From the NCBI RefSeq assembly GCF_006345805.1, contig NC_043016.1, forward strand, positions 806,001 through 870,000: DNA of 64,000 nt, read 5' to 3'. The position numbers were made by a program, and so were the translations under genes. This stretch comes from Octopus sinensis. Its lineage: Eukaryota. Of the stretch, positions 38,585 to 50,139 are shown one piece after another (the stretch's first letter is position 1; each line of letters starts with the position of its first letter). The notes beneath the pieces are model-generated. The model had not been told where the DNA came from, did no database searches, and worked only from the letters and a program-made list of their open reading frames with translations.

Positions 38585-39215
38585 ATTATTGGATGTTGTA
38601 ATACACCGATGGTCCCCAAAGTCCATCCCCCCTCACCATGGTCGGAACGTTGGAACAGGTAGTCAGAGCTATGCCGTCGGGAGCTTCGGTTCCTGGTAGG
38701 ACCACCCAAGGCGGATACCGGGTGGTATTAGGGCCACAACCCGGCAGACGGGGCTCTGGTGAAAATCCTCGGAGTGTCTGTTTCGGCAACCGGCGGCTCC
38801 TCGGTCGTTCTGTCCCTGCGTCTGCGGACAATCTGCGGCAAACAGGATGTCTCTACATGCGGGATTGTTGTGAAATTCATATTCCCACGAAACTTCTTCC
38901 ACTGCCATGGTTCGAGATGCCTCGAGGGTGGTAGAAGAAGCCAACTCAACCCGCCCAGGGTGAATCTCGCCACAAGTACAAGTACAAGTAAATACTGGTC
39001 ATTATGTGCTTCCACGCATTGTTGTAGCTTTTGATTGATGCCACCGTACTGGCTAGGTTGGCAAACGATGACTCCCCTATACGAGATATACCAGATGCCC
39101 GACCACGCAGGAATGTCCAATTACAGCTGAGTGAACTGAAGTAGTGAGAAATGTACAAGAACAAAATGCTTCCTCACTTAGAATCGAAACTACGATCTCG
39201 CGATCGTAAGTGCAA
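38585..39215 (-). mobile_element. Long SINE-like element: tRNA/CORE-like head plus ~540-bp GC-rich body
   Basis: 39120-39215 reverse complement gcacttacgatcgcgagatcgtagtttcgattc...cagttcactcagctgta parallels the family 4 head; the body is a GC-rich island in AT-rich surroundings. Confidence 0.45.
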
Positions 39216-39332
39216 AAAAACCTAACACCTCATCTTACACACACACAAACTCACACACACACAACACAAACACACACACACACACACACACACAACCACG
39301 CGCATACACAACACAAACACACACAACACACA

Positions 39333-39385
<53 letters not shown>

Positions 39386-39789
39386 CTACAGATGAGGAAA
39401 TAATTCTATTCTCAAACGCAGGATAATGCTAATAACAGCATGAACAGGATAAACTATCCATATTTTGCAGAAAAATCTGTCGGCGGCCTTGAAAATAAAA
39501 TTATATCCTTATCTGTATTTCATTGCATCTCAACGCTTCTAAAGCAAACTTTGATTGTTAACTTTCAACATAAGTTGCGTTTAAAATATATATATATATT
39601 TATATTCCCAGACTTATAAACAGACATGCAAATGTATATTATCCATGTGTGTGGGTAACTTTTCGTAAAGAAGAGTATTTCGGATACACAGGCATGGGTG
39701 AATATACGCATATTCATTAACTGTTTAGAGATATGTACACTATATCATTAACCTGTGTGTATGTAGGTTTTGAATATTCAGTTCACCAT

Positions 39790-40560
39790 GAAATATAGCC
39801 ATGAACAACTCTCATATTTTAGACATCATTATAAAGAAAGTCAGCAACTAAATAGATCCTAACATTTACTATAAGCTGTCGAAGCCCAAAGAATATCTTT
39901 CGTTCATGCCTCCCGAAACACAAAACTGAATGCCCCTCAAAAGGATTTCTACAATAGTATCTGATACAAGGATCCGTGACATAACACTCCAAGAACTTCA
40001 GTTTACAATTCTTAGAATTTTCCCACAAGCCTAAACCAATAATAGAATACAACGAAATTCAATATCTAGGATCTAAGACAAACAAAACAAAGAAATAAAT
40101 TGAAATTGTAAGTTCTACCGTATAATTCCCACATAAGACCCTCAAAACAATGGGGCCTGCAAGATCATATGCAATAACACATCGCTAATGTAGAAAGAAC
40201 CAGTCTGAATCAAATCCCCCAAACACATACCATCATAGAGATCAAAAGACTACCAATAAAAAACAAAATCGATGAAAAAATACTTCATCTAATAATAACA
40301 AAAACCAGCAGTAAAAATACTGAGGACCCAACTTAGGTATATGATTTCATCTGACAGCGGGATCAGATATCCATTTCAAACAAGTCAAACTCTTTACAAT
40401 ACAAAATAACTTTACCTGTGCATCTGAAAACCTAATCTATGCGATAACACGCGTTGAATATGAGAAACATTACATTGGACAGATGAAAAACGTTTTACGT
40501 CAACACATGATTCTGTGTAGATCGAAAATTAAATGCAGGAATACAGGCAACTAGGAGTTA
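39790..40560 (+). mobile_element. Penelope-like element remnant (RT thumb to GIY-YIG)
   Basis: ..NIYYK..KEYLSF..; FTCASENLIYAITRVEYEKHYIGQMKNVLRQHM. Confidence 0.7.
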
Positions 40561-41100
40561 GTGGACAAAGAGACGCGTGTGCAGGCAAGAAATAACAGAA
40601 TTTTATGATTTTCACTCCATCTCAATTTAGCAATAGTATGGCTTAATGACAAAGCGTAGAAAAGAAATATGCTTCATAACAAATACCAACCGCGTAGAAA
40701 TTCTTGTGGATGAGCAAGGGAGATAACCACCGCCAACACAACTGCATCCTTTGTTAAAGTCACTACAATGACTGCTAATAGCTAAATGGACAAGTATTAT
40801 TGCCAGTGAGAAATCTAGCTGCTGCTGTTCCATCTACTACCACTAACAGCTGGTTGTTACAGCAGTAAACAGCCCAGCAACAGAAGAAAATTAAATACAC
40901 CACCTTGTGGGGTTTTTTATAAGAAAAACGCGTGAAATTCCAGAAACGATGTTATGGATGGTTCGTATAATTTATATTTTATTCGTCTGAATTATGTTTA
41001 ATTTAATATCAGCATGAATAGCACGTCTTTTTAAAATAATCGAAACCGGTAGCTGCTGAGATACAAATGTAAATATTCCTTCGTTTTATTTTGAATACAT

Positions 41101-41476
41101 ACAGGAGTGGCTGTGCTGTAAGTAGCTTGCTTACGAACCACATGGTTCTGGGTTCAGTCTTCTACTATAGCCTCGCGCCGACCAAAGCCTTGTGAGTGGA
41201 TTTGGTAGACGGAAACTGAAAGAGATCCGTCGTATATATGATATACATATGTATATGTGTATATGTTTCTGTGTCTGTGTTTGTCCCCCCACCAACATCG
41301 CTTGACAACCGATGGTGGTGTGTTTACGTCCCCGTAACTTAGCGGTTCGGCAAAAGAGACCGATAGAATAAGTACTAGGCTTACAAAAGAATAAGTCCTG
41401 GAGTCGATTTGTTCGACTAAAGGCGGTGCTCCAGCATGGCCGGCCACGGTCGAATGACTGAAACAAGTAAAAGAGA
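41101..41476 (+). mobile_element. SINE family 1 (small internal deletion in head)
   Basis: acaggagtggctgtgctgtaagtagc head, core, tail gtaaaagagag. Confidence 0.88.
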
Positions 41477-41513
41477 GAAAAGATATACATAGATACACGT
41501 ATGTATGTGTGTA

Positions 41514-41593
<80 letters not shown>

Positions 41594-41601
<8 letters not shown>

Positions 41602-42144
41602 TCAATATAGGGTAGCAAAAAATTCAGCAGAAATTATTTTGCTACAGCGGTCTAGTGAGAAAAAAGGAAATAGTCAGAGACTATTATAAATTCAACAGCA
41701 AATTAAGGAACGGCCATAATAGGCCGTTCAACCACTAGAAATAACAGAAAATTAAAAAACATTTACCCTGTTTCACTTTATACAATGCATTGTTTCATCG
41801 TTTTTTAATGGTAAATCAGCCTGATTAAATTAAATCAAGCTAATCTTCCATAGGCCAACAGATTCATCAGTAAAGTAAGCCAGGAGGGAGAGATATTTAC
41901 ACGAGGCAGCACCACTACCGCTCGGCAATATCTAACCTAAAATTTTCAAAATCATCGTACTCGCGCCAATTTATCGGCAGCAAATATAAGCTGCCGATTC
42001 CATTTCGGAATTAAACAGAAAATTCATAATTAATCAATATAGGGTAGCAAAAAATTCAGCAGAAATTATTTTGCTACCAGCGGTCTAGTGAGAAAAAAGG
42101 AAATAGTCAGAGACTATTTATAAATTCAACAGCATATTAAGGAA
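41594..42144 (-). mobile_element. Retrozyme-like hammerhead-bearing non-coding element: 432-bp monomer plus ~118-bp partial second unit
   Basis: 41594-41710 is repeated at 42026-42144 (3 differences); multiple hairpins; a single hammerhead on the minus strand; ends in (TA)n. Confidence 0.75.
41774..41877 (-). ncRNA. Type I hammerhead ribozyme with canonical core and extended stem II
   Basis: Minus strand: (T)ACTTTA CTGATGA ATC[~61 nt branched hairpin]GAT GAAA CAATGCATTGT A TAAAGT(G). Stem I 6-7 bp, stem III ACAA-TGCA-TTGT (also a 12-bp palindrome), GUA triplet, predicted cut between 41781 and 41780. Confidence 0.85.
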
Positions 42145-42653
42145 TTAAGCTCTTTTAATGATAATTATAGCTACACTTCTGTTATCTCATTCAGGCCAGC
42201 TTGGGCTGGAGTCGGTGTGTTCCCACTGTTTATGAATTGTTCTTCTCGTGTTTGAAATTCTATGTATCATCTGATCAAAAGCGTTTTTTTTTTTGTGAAG
42301 TAATTTACTCATACATCTATTAAAAATGTGTTAGAAACAGTTGTAATAAACTGACATTTATCCATTGTTTGATATTTATTTATTTGTTTACAATCCTGAA
42401 GTGCATCAAACACTGAACGACCGATACAATGTGTGCTTTGGATCAGTGCCATGGCATTAAATACTCGTAAGGGTTAAATTCTCTGTAGGCATAACCTGAA
42501 TATTTCACTGGATGTACTTCAGTACATCCAGTGAAATATTTGTTCGACTAAAAGTGGTGTTTACATTTTAATTCGACCCAACCTGCTGCCTTTCATTTAA
42601 GTACCGGATCCTCTCACGAATCCTTAATACTGTTTGTGAGGGTGTGTGTGTGT

Positions 42654-42684
<31 letters not shown>

Positions 42685-42848
42685 ACATTTCTTTCTCTCC
42701 TTGTTTCTTTCTGTGTCCCTTTCTGTAGAAGAGCGTAGGCTCGAAACGTAAAATACTTTTTCTATTCCTCAGCGTTATACTAATATCTGTTTGTTTTTAC
42801 ACCACCTGTCTTCGCCTTTTGTGTTTTTTTTCGTAAACTCTCCCTATA
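42685..42848 (+). mobile_element. Short pyrimidine-rich non-autonomous element with hammerhead variant
   Basis: Flanked by TG and TA repeats; same architecture as 10790-11045. Confidence 0.55.
42719..42754 (+). ncRNA. Minimal hammerhead variant (A6U, extra A after A9)
   Basis: TTT-CTGTAGA-A-GAGC gtag GCTC-GAAA-CGT-A-AAA: perfect 4-bp stem II, ACGU palindromic stem III, 3-bp stem I. Confidence 0.5.
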
Positions 42849-42857
42849 TATTATATA

Positions 42858-42920
<63 letters not shown>

Positions 42921-42923
<3 letters not shown>

Positions 42924-44652
42924 TATACCCTTATTGATACACGAATACACTGCAGCAGTGTAATAACATATAATCGAAACAAAACGGCAATAACCTCACG
43001 TAACAACAATCGTGTAAGGACCACAATCCAACACGCTAACTCGAACTCTAAACTTTGAACTAACAAACACACGAAATGTGGAACTAACACGATCTACCTC
43101 ACTTACTCAACCCGCTGCTATTTACATGGAGTGGTTCAGTCCATTCTCGCCAGGGAGAGTCGTATTCTCGCACAACATCTCTTCTTTTGAGATTTCGTGT
43201 TCCAATGAATAAGTTTGCTTCGCGTGTTTCTCTTCGAAATGTGACGTCGATACATGTTTTGACAATGGAATGTAATTTATCGCCCGTTACACCATGCATT
43301 ATTTTCCCTGTTTTACGTAATCATGGCTTATCAATTTTTTCCATGTATCCGCGTTTATAATTGAGATGTCACTACCTGTGTCTAACTGTAATTTGGTATT
43401 CACATCATTTATTTTTACGTGCGTGAAGTTTCTTGTTTTTCCATCGCAATCATTCTGCTCTGAAAACACCTTAGAACATTTTGTGTTTGAGCCTTGTATT
43501 CTTGTTCTACAATGAGAACTCCTGTGTCCCAGCCTCTGACGACTATATCACCTTTTATTTTTAAACGGACAATCATTTTTGTGGAGTATGCTTCTATGAC
43601 ACATCTTGCGGCCCGACACTTTTTTATTGTCCTTCCAGGGAAGACACATTTGAATTTTTGTAGAGTCTTTATCTTGTATTTTTTTCACATCATGCTTAAG
43701 ATTTACCATAGTCTAACATTCTTCTGATTCGCTTGCTCCATTTTCGAGAAAATCCTTACCTGAATTTCTCTGTCTTCAGGAACTATAAGTCCGTGCACGA
43801 AGATAAGTGAATTGAACATATACTGAATGGCATCCTGGAGTTTGACATTTTCGCACATACGGTTGACTAATACGGCTTAGGTGGTAAAAATTCTCTTCCT
43901 CATGTCTTGTTAATTCCAACATTCCATTCTGGTGTTGAATAATGAACTTCTATCACAAAAAATTTTCGAAGCAGTTTTAACAGTTTCTTGGAAACTAATC
44001 TCACTTGAATTTTGGGGTAGAATAAAGTTACAGTAACTCTCATGTTCGGCTGGAGCTACCTTGCGTAGTAAAATCCTTAATTTCTGCTCCTCCGACCGTG
44101 ACTTGTACTATTTGTTAAAAAATTCCTCGTGTCTTGTATTATACGCGGGAAACGTAACACCTTCCTCCGGATTATACGTAAATTAAGATATTGAGTTAGT
44201 CATACCGTCTGGCGTAAACGAGCTTACTGGATTTTCGGAATTCGTCGACAGTAATTCAGTTAATTGTTCTTGTTGTTGTTATTATATTTGTTTTTGCAAC
44301 TCCTGTAGTTCTTCCTGTTGTTTCTCTTGAAGCAGTACTACTGCGGCTAATAGGTTTTCCATGACGCAGAAATTGTCAAATAACCAATGTGAGTTTCGCA
44401 CGATTTTCGTCGCCGGATAAACGAATACACGGCAACACGATCGAAACAAACGACAGTAACCACATGTAACGTAAACAACAATATTTTACGAACCGACAAT
44501 CCAACACGCTTACTCGAACTGTAAGCTTTGAACTATCAAATAAATGAACTGTGTAACTAGCACAAATTACCTCACTTACCCAGACCGCTACTATATATAT
44601 ATGTAGTATTCAAGTCCATTTTCGCCAAGGGCGTCGTACTCTCGCACAGCTA
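42921..44652 (-). mobile_element. Internally deleted Gypsy LTR retrotransposon: LTR-gag-protease-PPT-LTR
   Basis: Diverged direct repeats 42921-43177 and 44388-44652; CA followed by TTGGTT at the putative PBS; gag MENLL...FTYNPEEGVTF..LRKVAPAEHESYCNFILP..SSLFNTR; zinc-knuckle-like HKNDCPFKNK..GHRSSHCR; protease LQLDTGSDISII; purine tract aaaagaagaga before the 3' LTR; no RT, RNase H or integrase. Confidence 0.85.
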
Positions 44653-44799
44653 TGTGTGTGTGTGTGTGTGTGTGTGCGTGTGTGTGTGTGTAAATGTCAA
44701 GCGAGGAAATTGAGTGCTCAACACCGCATTGGTGGATAGCCTTTATCGTAAGGTACTAGAAAAGTACACTTACCCATTCTCACTCTACATAAAAAATAA

Positions 44800-45835
44800 A
44801 TGGAAGGGGTATCTGGGTGACTGTTTCATTCTTTGACATGAAGGTATAGAGAGACTTAAAAAATTTCAAGCACTTCTAAATGGACATGATGTAAACATTC
44901 AATTTACGATGGGATATAGCCAGCTACAACTGCCCTTCCTCGACATCCTCATATAGAAATCTAACAACGAAATAGAAACAGATATATACTATAAACCCAC
45001 AGACTCCAAGCAATATCTACCGTTCAACTCATACTACCCCAGACACACTAGAATGAATATCACTTTCAACCTAGCAAAAGGATTTGTACTATAGTTTCTA
45101 ATGCAAGCACCAGGGACAAACGACTACATGAACTAAAGGATACACTCATTACCAGGAACTACCCACCATCACTAATTGATATAGGCTTTCAGAGTGCCGT
45201 ACAACTCAACATCGACGAACTCAGGCATACCAAACTAAAGAAGGATTTACAACCAAAAGCCCTACCATACATCTCCATACACAACCCTCTTAACAATGAA
45301 GCGTTCGACACCATCCTCCCGAACATTCCCTTACTAAAAAGGGACCACAGAATGCATTTAATCATCCAAATGCACACCATCATAAAGAACAAAAGACAAT
45401 CCAAATCTATGAACGGTTTCCTAACATAAGCCCAAGTATGCTCGACAACAACACTGAAGCCATCAGTAAAAAATGCAGAAGACCTAACTATAGTATATGC
45501 GTCAACCTAGTTGAGGGATTGAAGTTTTCTTTCAAACGGGATCAACGTTTTACAGTGAAAAACTTCACATGTGATTCAGAGAACGTAATATATGTATTAG
45601 CTTGCTCTGGTGTCGAGAGCAATATATAGGCCAAACCAAAAAGAGTCTACCTCAAAGAATGTTCCTCCATCGATACCAGATCAAAATTCGGGAATACAGA
45701 AAAATGCCATTCAGTGAACACATCGACATTTACGCCACTAACAAACGACCCAACTTCAGACGTTTTCCCCTCTATAAGTTCAGGGACGACGCAATCTGTA
45801 ATCAGTGCATTAGCAAAGAGTCATATATCACCCCC
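44800..45835 (+). mobile_element. Penelope-like element, RT C-terminus + GIY-YIG pseudogene
   Basis: IQFTM..LPFLDIL..IETDIYYKPTDSKQYL..NITFNLA..; FTCDSENVIYVLACS..EQYIGQTKKSLPQRM..PFSEHID..FPLYKF. Confidence 0.85.
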
Positions 45836-46563
45836 GCATTTTTATTATTCTATCTCTTCTTTTCCTTCTCCCCTTCTTCTTCTTCTTCTTCTACTACTAC
45901 TTCTGCTTCTTCTCCTCCTCCTCATCCTTTTTTCTTCTCCTCTTTCTCCTTCTTCTTCTTCCTCTTCTTTTTCATTCCCGCCTCCTTCCGCAGCTAATAC
46001 TGCGGCTTAAACAATGAAAACCAAGAATTCATATAAAATATTTGGACTGCTACTACCTGCTACTTCCTACCAGGCCCTTACAAGAGTAAAAAAAATGAGA
46101 TACAGAGACACAGAAAACAGGAAAATGTCCCTTGCATTTGAAAGCTATGGAAATATTAAAAAAAAAAACTTCCTTCAATTTTTTCACAATTAATTCTTTT
46201 TCATGCTTTACTCTTAGTTGAAAAAGTCGCAAAGACTGAAACCGCTACTAAAATATTCTTCATGATAAAATTATTTTAGCATTTTCTACTTTGCCTTATT
46301 TTCCTTATACATATCAACTCCTGTGTTCCTCTTCAACCTCTACACACACACACACACACAAACACACACATGTATATATATAGATATATATGAAATGGGC
46401 TTCTTTCAGTTTCTGGGCTATAGTAGAAGACACTTACCAAAGGTACCACGAAGTGTAACTGAATCCGAAATCATGGGGCTGGAAACAAGCTTTCTACAAC
46501 ACAGCCATACACACGCACACACAGAATTATATAAGGTATTCTTTCCTTATACAATGTACTGTA

Positions 46564-46797
46564 CCTATTTCATTACTACCCACAAGGGGCTAAACACAGA
46601 GAGGACAAACAAGAACAGACAAACGGATTAACCCGATTATATCGACCCCAGTGCGTAACTGGTACTTATGTAATCGACCCCGAAAGTATGAAAGGCAAAG
46701 TCGACCTCGGCGGAATTTGTACTCAAAACGTAACGGGAGACGAAATACTGCGAAGAATTTCGCCCGGCATGCTAACGTTTCTGCCAGCTCGCCACCT
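46564..46797 (-). mobile_element. SINE family 2, full length
   Basis: Same as 7375-7608. Confidence 0.85.
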
Positions 46798-47482
46798 TTT
46801 TATACAATGTACTGTACCGTAAATGAACTGATCAGCAAAAAGCAATGCCATCCAGAGAAATTTAAATGTTGTCTAATGGTAGATCATATTTAAATACATA
46901 AATCTATTATTACTTTTAGAGCCTCAGAAAATACGATGTTGAGAAGCTTGCATTAGTTTACCGTGTATTTTCAGGCAGTTTTTCAGATTTTAAGTACCAC
47001 ATAGCTGTTCTAGGAGAAGTGTCTGACAATACAACACACAGCATCAAGTGAAGCACCGTAGAACCATCAACGTCAAGTGTTAATGTATCAAAGAGAAGCA
47101 GGCTTTGTCTATCCGAAAGATCTCATATCCGTTGTAGATCTAAGAACTCTACCAATCTACAAATTACAGATCTAAAATTTTCATTAAATCTAAGCCTCTG
47201 GACAAGTCTCGGTTATTGAACTGGTAGACACCGCATCACTTAATTCCTTTACTACCGTGTTTCCTTTTTTTCTTTTTTACTCGTGTTTCTCATTCTATAT
47301 TTTTCTTTTACTATTTTTTCCAATCATCTTTCCCATTCTTTCTCGCCTTTTCTCTAAGAACAGTCACGTTACTCTCAGTCTGAATGACCTGAAAATACAC
47401 GACAAGCTATACAAGCTTGTCCGACCATTGTGTTTTCAGAGGCATGGAACTAGTAGCATCTTGCATATAAATTCCTGTGTGA

Positions 47483-47528
<46 letters not shown>

Positions 47529-48589
47529 CTGATGCCCATTTTATTCAATCATCAACCAGCATCACGCTTAGATCGATATTATCTTAGTAAAACAAGATGT
47601 CTGCTTACATTTTTTTTCTCTCACCTGATTTCAATTTTCAAAACTTTGTAGCCGAAATGTCTGCTGCTAATGTGAATACTAAAATCATGAAGTGTAAATG
47701 TAAGCATGATGCTAAGTGGGGGGTGTGTTCATTTATGTATGTTTGTATGCATGCATGTACATATATAATATATATATATATAATATATATATATAATATA
47801 TTATATATATATATATTAGATATGTATATATGTACGTGTATGTGTATTATATATACGTGTGTTTGTGTATGTGGGTGCTTGTATGCATTTGTACGTGTAT
47901 GTATGTACATATGTATGTATATATTAATGTATATGTATGCATCTGTTTGTAAGTACATCTGCATATATGCATAGGTGTATGTTTGCATGTGTATTTGTAT
48001 GCATGTATATTTTCAAGTAATGTATGCATGTAACTTTGTATGTAATATATTTGTATGAATGTATGTATGTTTGGACGTATGTGTACATATATATATATAT
48101 GTATGTATGTATGTATATATGTTCATGTAGTTTGTCTTCTATAAATGCAATTTTCAAAATCATTCTCATTTATTCATACCAAGTCAAGATTTAAACAGCA
48201 TTACAGGCTTGTTGTTTGTGTCACAACAAATTTCAAATTTGCTTTGCAGAAAATTTATCGCTGACTCTACCAACACTGGCTGAAGGTTGCAATATACATT
48301 TAGAATTGACACCTCCACATAAGATCCGAATTCTGTTTTTGTTAACCCTCGTTAGGACCATGAGATGGTTGTTCATTGGAACTCATTATACATTGCAGTT
48401 TTTTGTGGCCTTCTTTGCAACCTGCGCTTTGAAATCCAGCCAGAAATTTTAACGAGTTAAGTCGGATAGAATCCTATGGAAGAGTTTCCTGAGGACTCTA
48501 TTCCACGCTCCTCTCAAGAATATTGTGCAGAAAAGATTATGGATCTGTATATATATACATTTTTGAATGGTTCAGAACTGGTTCTTCAT

Positions 48590-48870
48590 GCCGAGGTGAC
48601 CGACAGGCCACCTAGAGATAAAACAAGAACGAGATAGTTGGATGATCTCCATACGTCTCCGCATTGAAAGGTCACACATCCTGTACTGTAGACATGTGAT
48701 TATCAGATCACAAGAAAGAATTGCTAGATGGATTCTTGAAGCAGAGCCAACTGGCGGGACACCTAGGGATAGATCTAGAAAGAGATGGTCGGATAATATC
48801 GATAGCTTCAATTGGTGATGGTTGCTTCTGATAGAATTCCAAGGAGGATCTCTGAGTGGGCTACTACCAC
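48590..48870 (+). mobile_element. RTE-clade LINE 3' fragment
   Basis: HVIIRSQERIARWILEAEPTGGTPRDRSRKRWSDNI. Confidence 0.7.
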
Positions 48871-48984
48871 GCTCCTCCCAAGGAAAGTGAGTGGAGAGAA
48901 TTGGAGGTTAGATAGATTTACAAAAAATTATATTTTCATTGAATTTGGCAGGAAAATTGCTATTTGGGTATTATGTTGAGTTTT

Positions 48985-49420
48985 ATTCCATTTTAGACCA
49001 CTGGTTTGAGACTTCCACTGTTTTGAGGAGTGTGGATTAACATCTTAGCAGCTATCGTTCCCAGGTTCACTCTGACCTTGAGTAGTAGTACTTGTCAGGC
49101 TCCCAATAATAAGACAGTCGGGCAGATGAGCTTGTTTGCTTATGGGAGAGCAACCCATCGAGGGGAAGGGAAACTCTGATTCTAAACCTGCTTTACTTTG
49201 CAGTCATATCTAGCTATGGGAAACGGCTTTGATAATAAACCCTGAGGAAACACCGGAAATCGGAGTTCCTGATGAAGTTCGATTTGTTTGTGCAATATCG
49301 TTCTGGAAACTCCTGCGTAGACGCTAGTGTCAAGTTGTTAAGCTTGCAGTGTTCCTTTGAATCATTCAGTGACATGTAGAGAGGGAACACACACCATATC
49401 CTCTATAACATGGTGGTCAG
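48985..49420 (+). mobile_element. Probable RTE-clade LINE 5' UTR fragment
   Basis: gggagagcaacccatcgaggggaagggaaactctgattctaaacc resembles RTE leader sequences; GC-richer than the flanks. Confidence 0.4.
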
Positions 49421-49636
49421 GTTTTGATTCCCTTGAACACCTTATTATATAAAGATAGAACCGGACTACACCTCAAACAGCACCAAGGCAGCCCAAAAAT
49501 TCGCGCATCGTACCGTTTAGCCACAGGCAGCACTATTCCAGCGGTAATAATAACGAGAACATTCGTCCAAGATCATTAATAACAGGCAGAGATCTTATTT
49601 ACCTATCATCGTTTCACACACACCACACCACACACA

Positions 49637-49690
<54 letters not shown>

Positions 49691-50139
49691 CATAGAAAAT
49701 ACCTTTTTGTTTCTCGTAACATTCAGAAGAGGGGAAAGTTTTAATATAAGCTTTTCTACAAACAATTTTCAGACGGTGTACTTTAAGATAATATTGAAAC
49801 TTAATGTAAAGAGATTAGTGGGTGCCCACACATACACAGTGACACACATCATATAATTGTAGGTGTATATCTGTTCTATACGGGCATGATTGCTTTCAGA
49901 ATCTTTGAATATTGTTTCAGACGTTCTGAGTAATATAAATCTTTTTTTCATTAGTCCTATGTTCCTCTGGTGGCGGGAAAAAGCTGTGTATCCTTTCAGC
50001 TTGTGTCAACAGTGTTTTCGGATTTTCATACGTGGTTTTTGACACAACTTGTTTTTCAAATATTGCTGAACTATGTATTTCTTATTTTCACATATAACAA
50101 ATCAACATTAATTCTGTATTCTTTATTTTGCAGTTTTGA

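Noticed and set aside
49266-49312. CTGATGA ... GAAA in the RTE leader region
   Set aside because: No stem II closure and no stem I/III complementarity.
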